A stretch of DNA of 64,000 nucleotides from Octopus sinensis (Eukaryota). Within the stretch, counting starts at the first letter, position 1. Every line of letters starts with the position of its first letter. The notes below the pieces were generated by a model, which did not search any database, had not been told where the DNA came from, and saw nothing but the letters and a program-made list of their open reading frames with translations. Location: positions 5,952,001-6,016,000 of the forward strand of contig NC_043010.1 in NCBI RefSeq assembly GCF_006345805.1, given 5' to 3'. This document shows, in pieces, positions 63,330-64,000 of this stretch. The translations under genes were made by a program, and so were the position numbers.

Positions 63330-64000
63330 CTATAAATATAAACCCAATGGATCATCAAGATGTTCTGAACGTTCAAAAAAAGAAATATATCTCAAAGATT
63401 TAGACAATTCTAAGGAATTTTAATCATTGTATACTCTAAGTTCTAAACTTTCTGAAGTCTACAAGTAATTTCCTAGAAAGATGACCTCAAAACATCAGTC
63501 AGAATATATATAGGTAATTTTTAGTATATTGTATTTACTCTGTCTCCAGGATATCTTCATCATCGCCATCTCAGAGTGCTATGACTTTTGAGTTTATAAT
63601 ATTCAAAGAAGCTTCAATTAGTAAGAAATAATCATATATTAATTTAGTTGCTCCAGTAAGCTAAGGATATGAACAATAACAAGCAGAGGTAATAATTCAA
63701 TTTGAAAACAGCAGTCGAGTTTCAAACTAACTTTTCAAATTGTATCTGACAGTTTATTAGTATTACCCTAGTAACATAGGAAAACTATTCTACAGGTGAA
63801 AATAGCAGACCTGTTTTATTCATGTCTAATGATGACTGCAATTGTACAGATAAGATTAGCAATTGTCTAAAATACTGTGTATATAACATTCCTCCAACCA
63901 TAAAGATTGCACGTGTCAATAAATATTTGTTACTTCTCAATTTCCTTTGCAGCATTCACATGAAGTTTTTCTAGGAATACCCAAAATTGAAAAGAATGCA

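Overview
AT-rich animal genomic DNA, almost certainly octopus (inferred from the protocadherin type and the SINE families). It holds part of a tandem protocadherin (Pcdh) cluster on the minus strand: six whole gene units (G1-G6, left to right), the two 3' coding exons of a seventh (G7) and the leader/promoter of an eighth that runs off the left edge. Each unit has a conserved promoter-like block with a non-coding leader exon, a ~2.39-kb coding exon (signal peptide, EC1-EC6, TM, start of tail), a 148/151-bp exon (phase 0/1) and a terminal exon. Splice sites and reading frames were checked by hand. G6 has a 1-bp homopolymer deletion. Main observations: (1) EC1 to early EC4 diverge and are patchworks of each other, while late EC4-EC6-TM is almost identical at nucleotide level, giving a variable/constant design without shared exons; (2) all six paralogs have lost the canonical Ca2+-binding motifs at the EC3-EC4 junction only; (3) a conserved promoter/leader cassette precedes every gene; (4) a dead mariner shared by units 4 and 6 marks a ~16.6-kb duplication; (5) minisatellites have grown inside a (GAT)n-tailed retroposon. 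Introns of G1-G3 carry many SINEs, Helitrons, piggyBac-like MITEs, a solo LTR, and CR1 and maT remnants. G4-G7 are compact and younger. No database searches or computed alignments were run; similarity statements are by eye.
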